Positions 48,842 through 59,501 of a stretch of 64,000 nucleotides of DNA are shown here, one piece after another. Below the pieces are notes generated by a model that was given only the letters and a program-made list of their open reading frames with translations, had not been told where the DNA came from and made no database searches. The translations under genes were made by a program, and so were the position numbers. The stretch is taken from NCBI GenBank assembly GCA_033723415.1, contig JAWVXD010000002.1, positions 288,001 to 352,000 on the forward strand, read 5' to 3'. Positions within the stretch are counted from its first letter, which is position 1; every line of letters starts with the position of its first letter. The stretch is from Sulfurospirillaceae bacterium (lineage in GTDB: Bacteria > Campylobacterota > Campylobacteria > Campylobacterales > Sulfurospirillaceae).

Positions 48842-49882
48842 ATGTTAGAAAAAATAGGACTCTCCCCTGGGAGTACGATTTATACGGGAGATATAGAAAA
48901 AGAGAATCCACTCATCTCTATCACTACATTTGATCTGCAAAACGTAGACTCAAAAAACTACGAATCTATCGAAGAGACTCTGCGTGCTTACTCAAATATC
49001 TCAAAAGATACAAAAGCCTGGATACATATAGAACCTATAAGCGATGAAGAGAAGATAGCAAAACTTTGTAGCTTGTTTAATCTTCACTCTTTGGTCGCAG
49101 AAGATATACTCTCCGTGAATCATAGACCGAAAGTTGATGAGTACGATGATTATATTTTTGTTGTCGTAAAATATGCGGTTTTTGAAAACCATGTATTGAA
49201 CTTTTACCAGATATCTTTCGTATTGAAAGGAAATCAAGTTATATGCTTTGCCGATAAATCTCCGGATAGATTTAGTATTATTCAAAAACGATTGGAGAAA
49301 CTCGAATCAAGAGGCAGAAAAAGCGGATCTCAATATCTTCTGTTCGCTTTGATAGATTTGATAGTAGATGACTATTTCTTGGTTTTAGAAGAGATAAGTG
49401 AAGAGATAGAGGATTTGGAAGATGAGATCATTTACTCTCCTACTAAACGCAGTATAGAGCATGTACATTTGCTAAAAAGAAATCTGACAAATCTAAAAAA
49501 ATCAATCTGGCCTATGAGAGAAGTCATCAATACTCTGATGAGATCAGATAGCATAGAAGATCAGTACCGTATGTTTTACAAAGATCTATATGATCATATC
49601 ATAGATATCATAGATATTATAGAAGGATACAGAGATAGCGTATCCGGTTTCTTAGACATATATCTATCGACTCTGAGCAACCGTATGAATGAGATCATGA
49701 AAACACTATCTATAATAGCTACGATATTCATACCTCTTTCCTTTTTAACAGGCTATTTTGGTATGAATTTTAAAGCTCAAACCATCTTAGAGTCAGCCAG
49801 TGCATACCATTGGACAAATTTGTCGATGATCGCAATACCTCTTGCTCTTTTGGGATATTTTAAACTTAGAAAATGGTTCTAA
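48842..49882 (+). CDS. corA: Magnesium/cobalt transporter CorA
   Basis: GLSPG, HRPK, NEIMKTL, YFGMNF. Confidence 0.94.
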   Translation: MLEKIGLSPGSTIYTGDIEKENPLISITTFDLQNVDSKNYESIEETLRAYSNISKDTKAWIHIEPISDEEKIAKLCSLFNLHSLVAEDILSVNHRPKVDEYDDYIFVVVKYAVFENHVLNFYQISFVLKGNQVICFADKSPDRFSIIQKRLEKLESRGRKSGSQYLLFALIDLIVDDYFLVLEEISEEIEDLEDEIIYSPTKRSIEHVHLLKRNLTNLKKSIWPMREVINTLMRSDSIEDQYRMFYKDLYDHIIDIIDIIEGYRDSVSGFLDIYLSTLSNRMNEIMKTLSIIATIFIPLSFLTGYFGMNFKAQTILESASAYHWTNLSMIAIPLALLGYFKLRKWF

Positions 49883-49886
49883 GCAG

Positions 49887-51725
49887 TTATTTTTCCAAAA
49901 CAAATGGAAATTTAATATCTTTATCTATACTTCTGAGATGAAGGTCCCGTTGAGGAAATGGGATTTCTATACCGTTTTCATAAAGCGCATTGTATATAAC
50001 GATCAAAAATCTAGAGATAGTGCTCTTCGGATTTAAAATCTCAGGACCTTGTATCCAGACAAAAAGTTCATAATCCACGCTACTGTTGTTCATGCTCGTC
50101 ATGACGATATTCGTATGCCTATTCTTCGTGTTCATGACATCTTTGAATTTACATTTTTCTACCGCTTCTTCCACAACTTTGATGACTTTTTCTGGTTTCG
50201 TTCCGTAAGCCACTCCAAAAGGAACCTGAAAGCACCTGATCTTGTCATTCATAGTCCAATTTATCACATTGTTTTGTACAAAATTTTGATTGGGCACGAT
50301 GACGTCGATATTAGAATTTGTATTTATTGTGGTCGCACGCATATGGATCCCGCTGACATGACCTTTAAGAGAATCTGAGAGTTCTATATAATCACCGACT
50401 TTTATGCTTCGCTCAAACATGATGATAATGCCGGAAATAAAATTTGAGACGATATTTTGCAAACCAAAACCTATACCTACTGAAAGTGCTCCTGCAACAA
50501 GCGCTATAGACGAAAGGTTGATTCCCAGCACGTTAAGAGCCACAAAAAAAGCGATGATAAGAATAATATAATAACCTATGTTGGAGAAGATCATCCTAGT
50601 AGACTCGTTTATGGATATACTGTTTGGTGCAATCCTTTTGATATTTGCTTTATAAAACCCTCCGATCATAAAACCGAAAACGAATATCAAAACTGCAATA
50701 ACCATCTTAAAAATACTCACAGGAGTACCGTTGATCTTAAAAATCGGCTCTACTATGATAGACCAAATAGAAGACATCAAGTTTTTGAACTCTTGCATTG
50801 TTGAGCCTGTTATTACTTTGATAGCACCTAAATAATGTTTTTCCATAGAACTGATCAAGGGAATAACGTCTGATTTTAATGATTCTGAAAATTCAAGTTT
50901 TGATATTTGAGCGATGATCTTATCGGCTGTTGCAAAAACCTTTTTATCTTTATTTTTAAGCTCATCGGAAAATTGCAAAAATAAATATACGACTGTTTTT
51001 ACTACTGCTTCATTGTATGCTTTTTTCTCTTTATCAATTTTATCATTGATTATTTTGATTCTATTGCTGGTCTTATTTATGAGCTCTAGTCTCTCTTTTT
51101 CTATCTCAAATCTATCTATCTCATTTTTCAATTTTCCTGCATTTCTCTCGGCAATTTCTATCCGTTTCAATAAGCCCTGTATCTCAAAATCAAGATTTTT
51201 TACAGATGAATCCAAACTGTTTTCGATAGATTTCATCTCGGAAGCAATAGATCTGATCTGCATTTGATATTTCAATATACTCTTGTTATAAAAAGCATCT
51301 TGAAGTTGTAAAGTAAGAAGAGTCGGATCAGTATTCTTTGCTTTACTTATATCATTTTTTAAAATTTTAAGTTTTTCTTTTATCTGAACTATCCTCTTTA
51401 CAAAAGTATTTTTTTGCACGGCATCATTCATATATTTGTTAAATAAAAGCCCATAGGCATTTGCATTTTCAGGTATAGATATTTTTGTAGTTTTTTCTGT
51501 TGTATTGATGTCAATACTTATAAGCTTATATATCAGTGCTTTTTGCAAAGCGATTTCATCGCTCGCAGATTTTTCCAAAGAGAGTGTTTTGAGCAAGTTA
51601 TTATATATTTGTTTATTTGCATTGATTAACGTATCGTTGGTATCTGCCCCAAACAACGCTATACAAACAAATAAAAATATAAAACTGCGTTTTATCGAAG
51701 CAACTATCATAAATCCCTCCTTCAA
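49887..51725 (-). CDS. Large MscS-family channel with periplasmic coiled-coil region
   Basis: GALSVGIGFGLQNIVSNFISG, VPN, GIEIPFPQRD. Confidence 0.92.
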   Translation of the reverse strand: MKEGFMIVASIKRSFIFLFVCIALFGADTNDTLINANKQIYNNLLKTLSLEKSASDEIALQKALIYKLISIDINTTEKTTKISIPENANAYGLLFNKYMNDAVQKNTFVKRIVQIKEKLKILKNDISKAKNTDPTLLTLQLQDAFYNKSILKYQMQIRSIASEMKSIENSLDSSVKNLDFEIQGLLKRIEIAERNAGKLKNEIDRFEIEKERLELINKTSNRIKIINDKIDKEKKAYNEAVVKTVVYLFLQFSDELKNKDKKVFATADKIIAQISKLEFSESLKSDVIPLISSMEKHYLGAIKVITGSTMQEFKNLMSSIWSIIVEPIFKINGTPVSIFKMVIAVLIFVFGFMIGGFYKANIKRIAPNSISINESTRMIFSNIGYYIILIIAFFVALNVLGINLSSIALVAGALSVGIGFGLQNIVSNFISGIIIMFERSIKVGDYIELSDSLKGHVSGIHMRATTINTNSNIDVIVPNQNFVQNNVINWTMNDKIRCFQVPFGVAYGTKPEKVIKVVEEAVEKCKFKDVMNTKNRHTNIVMTSMNNSSVDYELFVWIQGPEILNPKSTISRFLIVIYNALYENGIEIPFPQRDLHLRSIDKDIKFPFVLEK

Positions 51726-51797
51726 ACACGTTTTTAATGAAATACCAATGCTTGTATTATAGCGAAGATTGGTTAACCGGTATGTAGATAGTTAATA

Positions 51798-51832
51798 AAT
51801 ACTGCGATGAGGGAAAACCCCACCGCAGTATT
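51798..51832 (-). terminator. Terminator hairpin after the DASS transporter gene
   Basis: Minus strand AATACTGCGGTGGGG...CCCTCATCGCAGTATT followed by a T-rich tail. Confidence 0.65.
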
Positions 51833-51836
51833 GTTG

Positions 51837-53246
51837 TTATATAAAGATTAAAGAGCCTATAATGATAGTAGCTAGATAAAGTGCTCCAAATACTGCTCCA
51901 AGAGCCCACCATCGCCCTTGAGGAATATAGCCGGCTCCATACCACATAGGTGATGGACCGGTTGCATATGGAGTTATAATCCCCATCAAACCTAAACTTC
52001 CTGCCAATAAGATACTAAACGGTACCAATTGTTCAGGAGCTATCAATTTTACGGCAATAGCTAAAAAGATCGGCATTAATGCAGTAGTATGGGCTGTCGT
52101 ACTTGCAAAAAAGTAGTGCAAGATAAAAAACAATATTAACATAGATATGATCAACATGGTCGGAGTCATTGTCGCCAAGTGGATTTCTGCACTTTTGCCG
52201 ACCCAAGTCAAAATACCCACTTTTTTCAAACCTGATGCCATAGCAACAAGTGAAGCAAACCAAATTAGAACATTGATGGCTGCTTTGTTTGATATTACAT
52301 CATCCCAAGATATGATCTTAGTCAAAACCATTATGGAAACAACTGAAATCGCAACTGTAGTCGAATGAACTCCAAATTTTTTACCAAATATCCAAAGTGT
52401 CAATGCAACAAGGGCAAGAACACCCATCAAAATCTCTTTTTTTGTAATAGAGCCCAATTGTTGTAATTCATTTGCTGCCCACGCAGGAGCTTCAGGAGAA
52501 GTTTTTTGGGTTGGCGGATATATAATATACGTCAAAAGAGGAGTCAATAAAAACAAAGGGATCATAAGAGGGATCATTATACTCCCCCACGCTGACCAAG
52601 TTATCACATGACCGGTGCCTTGATTTATCAAATCCACAGCCAGTAAATTTGGAGCAAGTGCAGTTAAGAACATCGAACTTGTAACACAAGTTGTAGCAAT
52701 AGCCACCCAAGATATATAAGCACCCAATTTTCTAGGATTATTATCCGGCGTTGATTCAAAGATCAATGGAATATTACTGGCGACAGGATAAATCGTTCCC
52801 GCGCTTCTTGCAGTATTTGAAGGCATGAACGGAGAGAGAACCAAGTCAGAGAGTGCAACCGCATATCCAAGACCAAGTGAACTTTTGCCCATATATTTGA
52901 TCATGATAAGAGATATCCTTTTACCCAGTCCTGTTTTCTTATACCCAAGTGCAAACATAAATGCTGCAAATATAAGCCAGATTACAGTATTTGAAAATCC
53001 TGAAAGTGCCCATTTAATATTGCCTGAGGATGATTTATCCACGAGTCCTAACACTGCTACGAGTGAAATACCTGCAAAACCTACTAATGCAGCAGGCACA
53101 GGTTCTACGATCAAACCGACTACGACAGCAAAAAATACTGCCAAGAAATGCCACGCATTTAGGCTCAATCCTACCGGAGCTGGTATAAACCAAAATACAA
53201 GCAGGACAACCACAGGAGCGAGCATTTTCATTGTATCTTTAGACAT
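51837..53246 (-). CDS. DASS family anion permease (CitT/TtdT-like di/tricarboxylate exchanger)
   Basis: PSNTARSAG, TSSMFLTALAPN, HYFFASTTAH, TPYATGP; AGGAG RBS before ATG 53246. Confidence 0.9.
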   Translation of the reverse strand: MSKDTMKMLAPVVVLLVFWFIPAPVGLSLNAWHFLAVFFAVVVGLIVEPVPAALVGFAGISLVAVLGLVDKSSSGNIKWALSGFSNTVIWLIFAAFMFALGYKKTGLGKRISLIMIKYMGKSSLGLGYAVALSDLVLSPFMPSNTARSAGTIYPVASNIPLIFESTPDNNPRKLGAYISWVAIATTCVTSSMFLTALAPNLLAVDLINQGTGHVITWSAWGSIMIPLMIPLFLLTPLLTYIIYPPTQKTSPEAPAWAANELQQLGSITKKEILMGVLALVALTLWIFGKKFGVHSTTVAISVVSIMVLTKIISWDDVISNKAAINVLIWFASLVAMASGLKKVGILTWVGKSAEIHLATMTPTMLIISMLILFFILHYFFASTTAHTTALMPIFLAIAVKLIAPEQLVPFSILLAGSLGLMGIITPYATGPSPMWYGAGYIPQGRWWALGAVFGALYLATIIIGSLIFI

Positions 53247-53327
53247 TTTGTCTCCTTTTGTCACAATTTTATGAAATTATATAATGAGCAAAGGGATAAA
53301 AATGGGACTTTTTTGATAAAATATACT

Positions 53328-55502
53328 ATGAAAATTTTATTATTTATTATGATTTTTACATTTCAGCTCTTTGGTGAGAACAGTGGACAGATACTTTTAC
53401 TTCACTCCTATAATAAGGGATTAAAGTGGACTGACGGTATCTCTTCGGGTGTAGAAAGTGTTATGAAAAAACATCCTGGATTTGAACTCAGCACAGAATA
53501 CATGGATAGCAAAAAAATCGACTCGAAAGAGTATTTTGATTCTTTGGTAAAATTATATAAGATGAAATTTTCAACAAGAAAATACTCCGTGATTATCACT
53601 AGCGATAATTATGCATTTGAATTTGTGTTAAAAAACCACAAAAAATTATTTCACAATGTACCTATCGTATTTTGCGGACTCGAAGACTTTAATCAAAACA
53701 GTATATCTGCAGCAGAAAAACAAAAGATAACCGGAGTGGTCGAATATAAAGATATAGTGAAAAATATAAAACTTATCAAAACACTTATCCCAGACATTAA
53801 CACACTTTACATAATCAGCGACAATTCTTTTTCGTCGTTAGCTATAAAAGGACAGATCCTAAACAGCATTAAACCATTTGAAAAAGATTTTAATATAATA
53901 TATGACAACGATATAATTTTGGATAAATTAGAAAAAAAAATAAATAAACTTCCAAAACACAGTGCTATATTGTTTACGAGTTTATACAAAGACAAATTTG
54001 GAAGATATATACCTTACAATGATATAAGAAAACTATTTCACGCATCAATATATCCAGTGTTTGCGATAAACAAAATACATCTAGGGGAGGGCATAGTCGG
54101 GGGTGTTATGATAAATCCCTTTGAGCAAGGGAAGTTGGCCGCTCAAAAGGCATTTGAGATTATCAATGGCAAAAAACCTTCTAATATCGAGATCAGTATA
54201 CCCACTGCAAAATACTATTTTGATTATGATATGCTCAAAAAATATAATATAAATGATTCCAAAGTCCCACTATTGTCCAACATCATCAACAAACCAAAAA
54301 ACTTTTTTGATACCCATAGAAGCTTGATAAACAGTGTATTTACTTTAATGCCTCTACTCGTCTTCTTGATCATAGGTCTTATCATCAATATCATGAAAAG
54401 GATCAGACTAGAGATAAAGTTGACGGAGAAGAACAAACTAGACAATGTATTGCTAAATAATATAAAAAGTGCCGTATTTTGGAAAAGTAAAGATGATACT
54501 ATACTTGGATGTAATGACTCGTTTTGTAATATTTTAGGCTTAAGTAGAGAGAAGATAATCGGCAGTTATATGAAAGACATCCTGCCTGAACTTTGTCAGG
54601 CGATAAAAGAAAAAAATGATTTCATACAAGAATTGGAGATGAAACTATATAGCGTAAAAGACGGACCGATAGATGCATTGATTAGACGCAAAGCATATTT
54701 TGACAAAAACAACCAAGAAGCAGGCGTCGTGACCTTGATAGGAGATATAACAGATATAAAAAAGATGGCTTTACAAAGAAAACGAGAAGAACAGTTTTTG
54801 ATACAAAGATCAAAGCTATCAGAGATAGGAGAGATGATGATCTCCATAGCTCATCAGTGGAAGGCTCCTCTTGTGGAGATATCTACGATAGCACAAGAAT
54901 TACTATACTTAAGAAAGAAAAGAGAAATATCAGAGTTAGATACAACACAATTTGTAGATGATATAATGCTACAAGTCAAATATATGTCAAGCACTATTGA
55001 TGATTTTAGAGACTTTATCAAACCTTCGTCTTCTCAAAAAAAATTCGAGATAACTAAAGCAATGGAAGAGATCATAAAAGTCATAAAACACAATCTTAAA
55101 TATAATTACATTGATGTAGAGATCGTCTCAAATGGAAATTTTGTCGTATTTGGCTATCCAAATGAATTTAAACAGTGTATATTAAATATAATCAACAATG
55201 CAAAAGACAGTATCTTGAAAAAAAGAGAGGACCATGACTTTTCGGCCAAAATAACAATAGAAATATACAAAAAAGACAAAGTCTATATAAATATCAAAGA
55301 CAATGGAACAGGGATAGAAGACAAAAATTTAACACTTATTTTTGAACAATTTTTTACAAGTAAAAAAAATGGTGATGGATTTGGACTGTATATGACTAAG
55401 CTAATTATAGAAGAGAAGATGGGAGGTAGCATCCAAGCTTTAAAATACGATGATGGGGCACATATACAGATAATTCTGGACTCTGTTAATATTGGGAGAT
55501 AA
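53328..55502 (+). CDS. Sensor histidine kinase (periplasmic binding-protein-like domain, TM, PAS, HisKA, HATPase)
   Basis: LLHSY, TEYMD, IAHQWKAPL H box, NNAKD, DNGTG, GDGFGL. Confidence 0.92.
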   Translation: MKILLFIMIFTFQLFGENSGQILLLHSYNKGLKWTDGISSGVESVMKKHPGFELSTEYMDSKKIDSKEYFDSLVKLYKMKFSTRKYSVIITSDNYAFEFVLKNHKKLFHNVPIVFCGLEDFNQNSISAAEKQKITGVVEYKDIVKNIKLIKTLIPDINTLYIISDNSFSSLAIKGQILNSIKPFEKDFNIIYDNDIILDKLEKKINKLPKHSAILFTSLYKDKFGRYIPYNDIRKLFHASIYPVFAINKIHLGEGIVGGVMINPFEQGKLAAQKAFEIINGKKPSNIEISIPTAKYYFDYDMLKKYNINDSKVPLLSNIINKPKNFFDTHRSLINSVFTLMPLLVFLIIGLIINIMKRIRLEIKLTEKNKLDNVLLNNIKSAVFWKSKDDTILGCNDSFCNILGLSREKIIGSYMKDILPELCQAIKEKNDFIQELEMKLYSVKDGPIDALIRRKAYFDKNNQEAGVVTLIGDITDIKKMALQRKREEQFLIQRSKLSEIGEMMISIAHQWKAPLVEISTIAQELLYLRKKREISELDTTQFVDDIMLQVKYMSSTIDDFRDFIKPSSSQKKFEITKAMEEIIKVIKHNLKYNYIDVEIVSNGNFVVFGYPNEFKQCILNIINNAKDSILKKREDHDFSAKITIEIYKKDKVYINIKDNGTGIEDKNLTLIFEQFFTSKKNGDGFGLYMTKLIIEEKMGGSIQALKYDDGAHIQIILDSVNIGR

Positions 55503-55504
55503 AA

Positions 55505-56152
55505 ATGAAAATTTTACTACTAGAAGACAATCAAAGATTATCAAACCTCATAAGAGAAGCTTGTGAACAAAAAAATTACCATATAGATCTCTTTGAAAAC
55601 GGTAAAACCGCTCTCCAAAAGATAGACAATGGATATGATTGTTTTATACTAGATATAAATGTCCCTGGAATCAACGGATTGAGCTTTTTAAAAGATTTAA
55701 GACTTATGGATAAGATTACTCCTGCCATCATCATAAGCGCCAATGATGATCTCGAAACGATTCAAGAAGCATACGAAAAAGGTTGTGATGATTACCTAAA
55801 AAAACCTTTTTATATGTATGAACTAGAAACCAAATTGGAAAAATTATGTCATGTAAAAGACAAATGTATAAAATTTTCAAATCAGTATTTCTACAATGTT
55901 GAGAATGAAAAACTATTTAATGAAAAATCCGAAGAGATAAAACTCTCAAAGAAAGAAATTTTGCTACTTAATTTATTTGCAAAAAATAAAGACAAAATCA
56001 CAACTCATGAAGAGATCGAGCTACATGTATGGGAAGGGGATTTAACAACTAGTGAAAATATAAGAGCTTTAATAAAAAGATTGAGGAAAAAAATGCCAAA
56101 AAATTCAATACTCTCACAAGGAGGCATGGGGTATAAGATAAATTATCTATAA
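55505..56152 (+). CDS. OmpR-family response regulator
   Basis: LLLED, ILDINVP, KKPF, C-terminal winged helix IKRLRKK...GMGY. Confidence 0.93.
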   Translation: MKILLLEDNQRLSNLIREACEQKNYHIDLFENGKTALQKIDNGYDCFILDINVPGINGLSFLKDLRLMDKITPAIIISANDDLETIQEAYEKGCDDYLKKPFYMYELETKLEKLCHVKDKCIKFSNQYFYNVENEKLFNEKSEEIKLSKKEILLLNLFAKNKDKITTHEEIELHVWEGDLTTSENIRALIKRLRKKMPKNSILSQGGMGYKINYL

Positions 56153-56154
56153 AC

Positions 56155-56242
56155 TGGCAGAGAGGAAGGGATTCGAACCCTCGGTAAGTTGCCCTACACA
56201 CGCGTTCCAGGCGTGCTCCTTAAACCGCTCGGACACCTCTCT
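56155..56242 (-). tRNA. tRNA-Ser(GGA)
   Basis: Reverse complement AGAGAGG...CACGC-CTGGAAC-GCGTG...TTCGAATCC...GCCA. Confidence 0.96.
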
Positions 56243-56296
56243 ACAAATTTTGAGATAAAATTGTACCTTGTTTGCACTTATTCTTAGATTATAGTA

Positions 56297-56695
56297 TTAT
56301 TTACACTGTTTACATATAATACTAAATGTAAGCATCTCTCCCAAAACTTCATTGCCTGAAAATTTTTCTACTTTATGTACCAAATCATCTGTATCTATCT
56401 TAAAATCTTCTATACTACCGCATTTTTCACAAACCAAATGAACATGTTTTTCTTTTGTAATTTCAAAATAATCTTTTTTATTTGCGATTTTTACTTCACT
56501 TACTATATCTTTTTGCATCATGTCATTAAGATTTCTATAGATCGTAGACAAGGATAGTGTAGGGAATTTTGTACTGATTATCTTTTGTATTTCTTCGAGA
56601 GTTGCATGTCCAGACTCTTCTAAAGTACTCAAAATACACAATCTTTGGGGAGTCGCTTTTAACTCATGTGTTTTTAATAATTCAATATGTGACAT
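56297..56695 (-). CDS. Fur/PerR-family transcriptional regulator
   Basis: KATPQR, LSTIYRNL, HVHLVCEKC, CKQC. Confidence 0.92.
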   Translation of the reverse strand: MSHIELLKTHELKATPQRLCILSTLEESGHATLEEIQKIISTKFPTLSLSTIYRNLNDMMQKDIVSEVKIANKKDYFEITKEKHVHLVCEKCGSIEDFKIDTDDLVHKVEKFSGNEVLGEMLTFSIICKQCK

Positions 56696-56777
56696 AATAG
56701 AACCTTTCTGGTATATTTAAAGAACTATATCACAATTGATAATTTTTTGCAAATACTTAAGATTACATTTGGTTTTA

Positions 56778-57254
56778 TCAATAATATCCCAAACATATTT
56801 CATCGCTTAGTTTAATTTTCTTCTCCAGTGGAGAAGGTCCAAAATACTTGCATTTTTCTATATATATATGATAATCATAATCCAATCCCAGGTCATCATA
56901 AAATTTTTTTAGATTTACGAATTTTACTGCTCCAATCTGCATTATGTCTAATTTATCATATAATTTTGAATTGTTGCTTTGTATAAGATGAGATGGGGCC
57001 AATCCTGTATATTTGCAAAAAGCTTGTGATTGTACATATCCGCTAAGATTGGTACATAAGTTTATATACTGTTTGTACTTTTCGGGAAGTGTATTTTTAT
57101 CTAAGAATACGACTTTGCATTCATCATATTTAACGACTCTTACATCTTTCCAGAATCTATATGCATTTGAAGATATGCTTGCCAATTTGGATAGTTCTTG
57201 ACCCAATATATAATTTTCAAGTGTCGTTTTATATGAAATTTTTCTCATTTTCAT
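56778..57254 (-). CDS. Hypothetical soluble protein with two HTH-like repeats
   Basis: ELSKLASISSNAY and AFCKYTGLAPSHL repeat-like segments; AGGA RBS. Confidence 0.7.
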   Translation of the reverse strand: MKMRKISYKTTLENYILGQELSKLASISSNAYRFWKDVRVVKYDECKVVFLDKNTLPEKYKQYINLCTNLSGYVQSQAFCKYTGLAPSHLIQSNNSKLYDKLDIMQIGAVKFVNLKKFYDDLGLDYDYHIYIEKCKYFGPSPLEKKIKLSDEICLGYY

Positions 57255-57315
57255 GATAAATCCTGCCTAGTGATTTTAAAATAAAATATTATATAATAGA
57301 AAAAATGAAATTCAG

Positions 57316-57720
57316 ATGGAATTTATAATGATAACACAATGGGATGAAAAATATAAATTAAATAATGAAAAGATCGATAATCAACACAAAGAGTTATTTA
57401 GATTAGTATCATTAGTAGAAGTTTTAGATAAAAAGGCAACAAAAACTGACATAAAAAATTTATTAAATAGTTTTTTTGCATATATGAAAGAGCATTTTAA
57501 AGAAGAAGAAAAATATATGAAAAATATAGACTATCCTTTGCTTAAGCAACATCGTAAACTTCATACAGATATCGTAGAGGAATTTACAAAATTGATCAAA
57601 GATAATCATACACTAGATATGATAAAAACCAAAATGAAAGAAGCTTCTCAAAAGTGGCTTTCAGATCATATATTGGAAAATGATCTAAAGATCAAAAAAT
57701 GGTTGGATCTAAACAAATAA
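57316..57720 (+). CDS. Single-domain bacteriohemerythrin
   Basis: W...IDNQH, HFKEEE, YP...H...H, WLSDHILEND. Confidence 0.92.
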   Translation: MEFIMITQWDEKYKLNNEKIDNQHKELFRLVSLVEVLDKKATKTDIKNLLNSFFAYMKEHFKEEEKYMKNIDYPLLKQHRKLHTDIVEEFTKLIKDNHTLDMIKTKMKEASQKWLSDHILENDLKIKKWLDLNK

Positions 57721-57721
57721 T

Positions 57722-59308
57722 CTATACAAATTTTAAAAGAAGTTGTGCCAAAACTATCGCCAATACCAAGGACATAGGATAAACTGCTGCATACGATATA
57801 GAAGGATAATCAGACTTTGTGATATTATTGGCCATCGTAAGAGTTGGTGTAGATGTCATGCTACCTGATAGTAAACCCATAATATTTAAAAAATTCATTT
57901 TAAGAAATATTTTACACACAAAAGCCACTACAAACAGTGAAAATATAAGTGCAAATATAGCTATATAAATAGGTAAAAGTCCATTTTTTGACAATGATTC
58001 GACCAAATATTTTCCTGCATTCGTTCCTATCGAGGCCATGAAGATGAGTTGTCCTAATGTTTTCATTAAAGTATTTGAATGAGGAGAGAGTTGCCAAACT
58101 ATTGAACCTACTCTTCCAAATCTTCCTAAAATCAAAGCCGTTATCAAAATACCGCCTACAAAACTTAGCTTTATACTACCTACAAACGGTAAATAAAACG
58201 GAATATTTCCTAGAATAATACCAAAGACTATACCTAAAGAAATCGGTAAAAAATCAGCTGCAGGATATTTTAAAAGATCATTTCCTACGATCTTTGTAAC
58301 TCTTTCACCATATTTTTCAGGAGCCACCACGTATAACTTATCTCCTAACATCAAAGACAGTGTAGGATGTGGAGCTATATCTATACCGGCTCTTCTCACC
58401 TTTGTAACAATCGCTCTCAAAGATTTTAACTCCTTAATACTGGCAATCTTTTTACCTACTATTTCTTTTGAAGATACAAGCAGTCTGTAAACTTTCATGT
58501 CATCATGAAATTTATATGCCTCTCCCATCTCTATGCCTAACATTACACTTAATGTATCTAATTGTTCTTTAGTTCCTGAGACTCTGATAATATCATTGTA
58601 ATGCAAGTTTTGCCCGTCTTTTTCATCTAAATCACATTTGTCCACAGCTTCAACTCTCTCTATCAGAGTTGATGTTAAATTTTCAATTTGTGATTTTTTA
58701 ACAGGGTTCTCTTTAAAATTTTCATTGTTTATTTTAAAGTTTTTTGTCAAGATTTGAGGATATTTTTGCTTTTGTTCCGATTCATAATTTTCTAACTCTT
58801 TTTGTAGATCAACTCTAAATATGACAGGCAACAATCTTATAAACAATATTGTTGCAAAGATTCCAAACGGGTAAACCAATCCAAATATAACAGATATGAC
58901 CGGATCATTTTTTACTTCGATAGCAGCTGCCAAAGATGGAACACTTGTTAGAGAACCTGTAAAAATACCGTCTATTACTTCTCTATCTAGATGGAAAAAG
59001 CTGCCAAGAGCAAAAATTGTCAAAAAGATACACAAAAGTAGAAGAAAAGCTATAATATTTAATTTAAGGCCGTCATTTTTTATTGTTTCAAAAAAACCGG
59101 GTCCTGATTGAAGTCCAACGGCATATATAAATATAGCAAGCCCAAACAGTTTAAAATTGTCAGAAATAACCATACCAAAGTGGCCTGCTATCAAAGCTAC
59201 TAGCAACATAGCCGTAATATCTAGTGAAAATCCTCTGATCTTAATATTTCCCAATATATATCCAATGGAAATAATAGAAAAAAGATAAAAAATTTCACTA
59301 CTGATCAT
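57722..59308 (-). CDS. AspT/YidE/YbjL family antiporter with TrkA-C domains
   Basis: FIYAVGLQSGPGFF, GSLTSVP, GSMTSTP, YAAVYP; two TM blocks flanking soluble domains. Confidence 0.9.
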   Translation of the reverse strand: MISSEIFYLFSIISIGYILGNIKIRGFSLDITAMLLVALIAGHFGMVISDNFKLFGLAIFIYAVGLQSGPGFFETIKNDGLKLNIIAFLLLLCIFLTIFALGSFFHLDREVIDGIFTGSLTSVPSLAAAIEVKNDPVISVIFGLVYPFGIFATILFIRLLPVIFRVDLQKELENYESEQKQKYPQILTKNFKINNENFKENPVKKSQIENLTSTLIERVEAVDKCDLDEKDGQNLHYNDIIRVSGTKEQLDTLSVMLGIEMGEAYKFHDDMKVYRLLVSSKEIVGKKIASIKELKSLRAIVTKVRRAGIDIAPHPTLSLMLGDKLYVVAPEKYGERVTKIVGNDLLKYPAADFLPISLGIVFGIILGNIPFYLPFVGSIKLSFVGGILITALILGRFGRVGSIVWQLSPHSNTLMKTLGQLIFMASIGTNAGKYLVESLSKNGLLPIYIAIFALIFSLFVVAFVCKIFLKMNFLNIMGLLSGSMTSTPTLTMANNITKSDYPSISYAAVYPMSLVLAIVLAQLLLKFV

Positions 59309-59389
59309 TTATATAAAGCCTTTTTTTGCGAATTATACTCCAAAAACCTTTAAAAATTATTTTAAGCATGTTTAGATATAATGTCATTC

Positions 59390-59493
59390 GCTCTCTTCTA
59401 GACCTGTGCAATATTTACTAAGAGTAATGCTTCAGGGCGGGAACGCAGCAGAGCACTTTTTTTAGGTGTGTGCCGCAGTAATCTGGGAGAGGG
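59390..59493 (+). ncRNA. ffs: Signal recognition particle RNA (4.5S)
   Basis: Helix-8 motif TCAGG-GCG-GGAA-CGC-AGCAG; terminal pairing CTCTCTTCTAGA/TCTGGGAGAG; TATAAT at 59377-59382; T run after. Confidence 0.9.
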
Positions 59494-59501
59494 TTTTTTA
59501 A

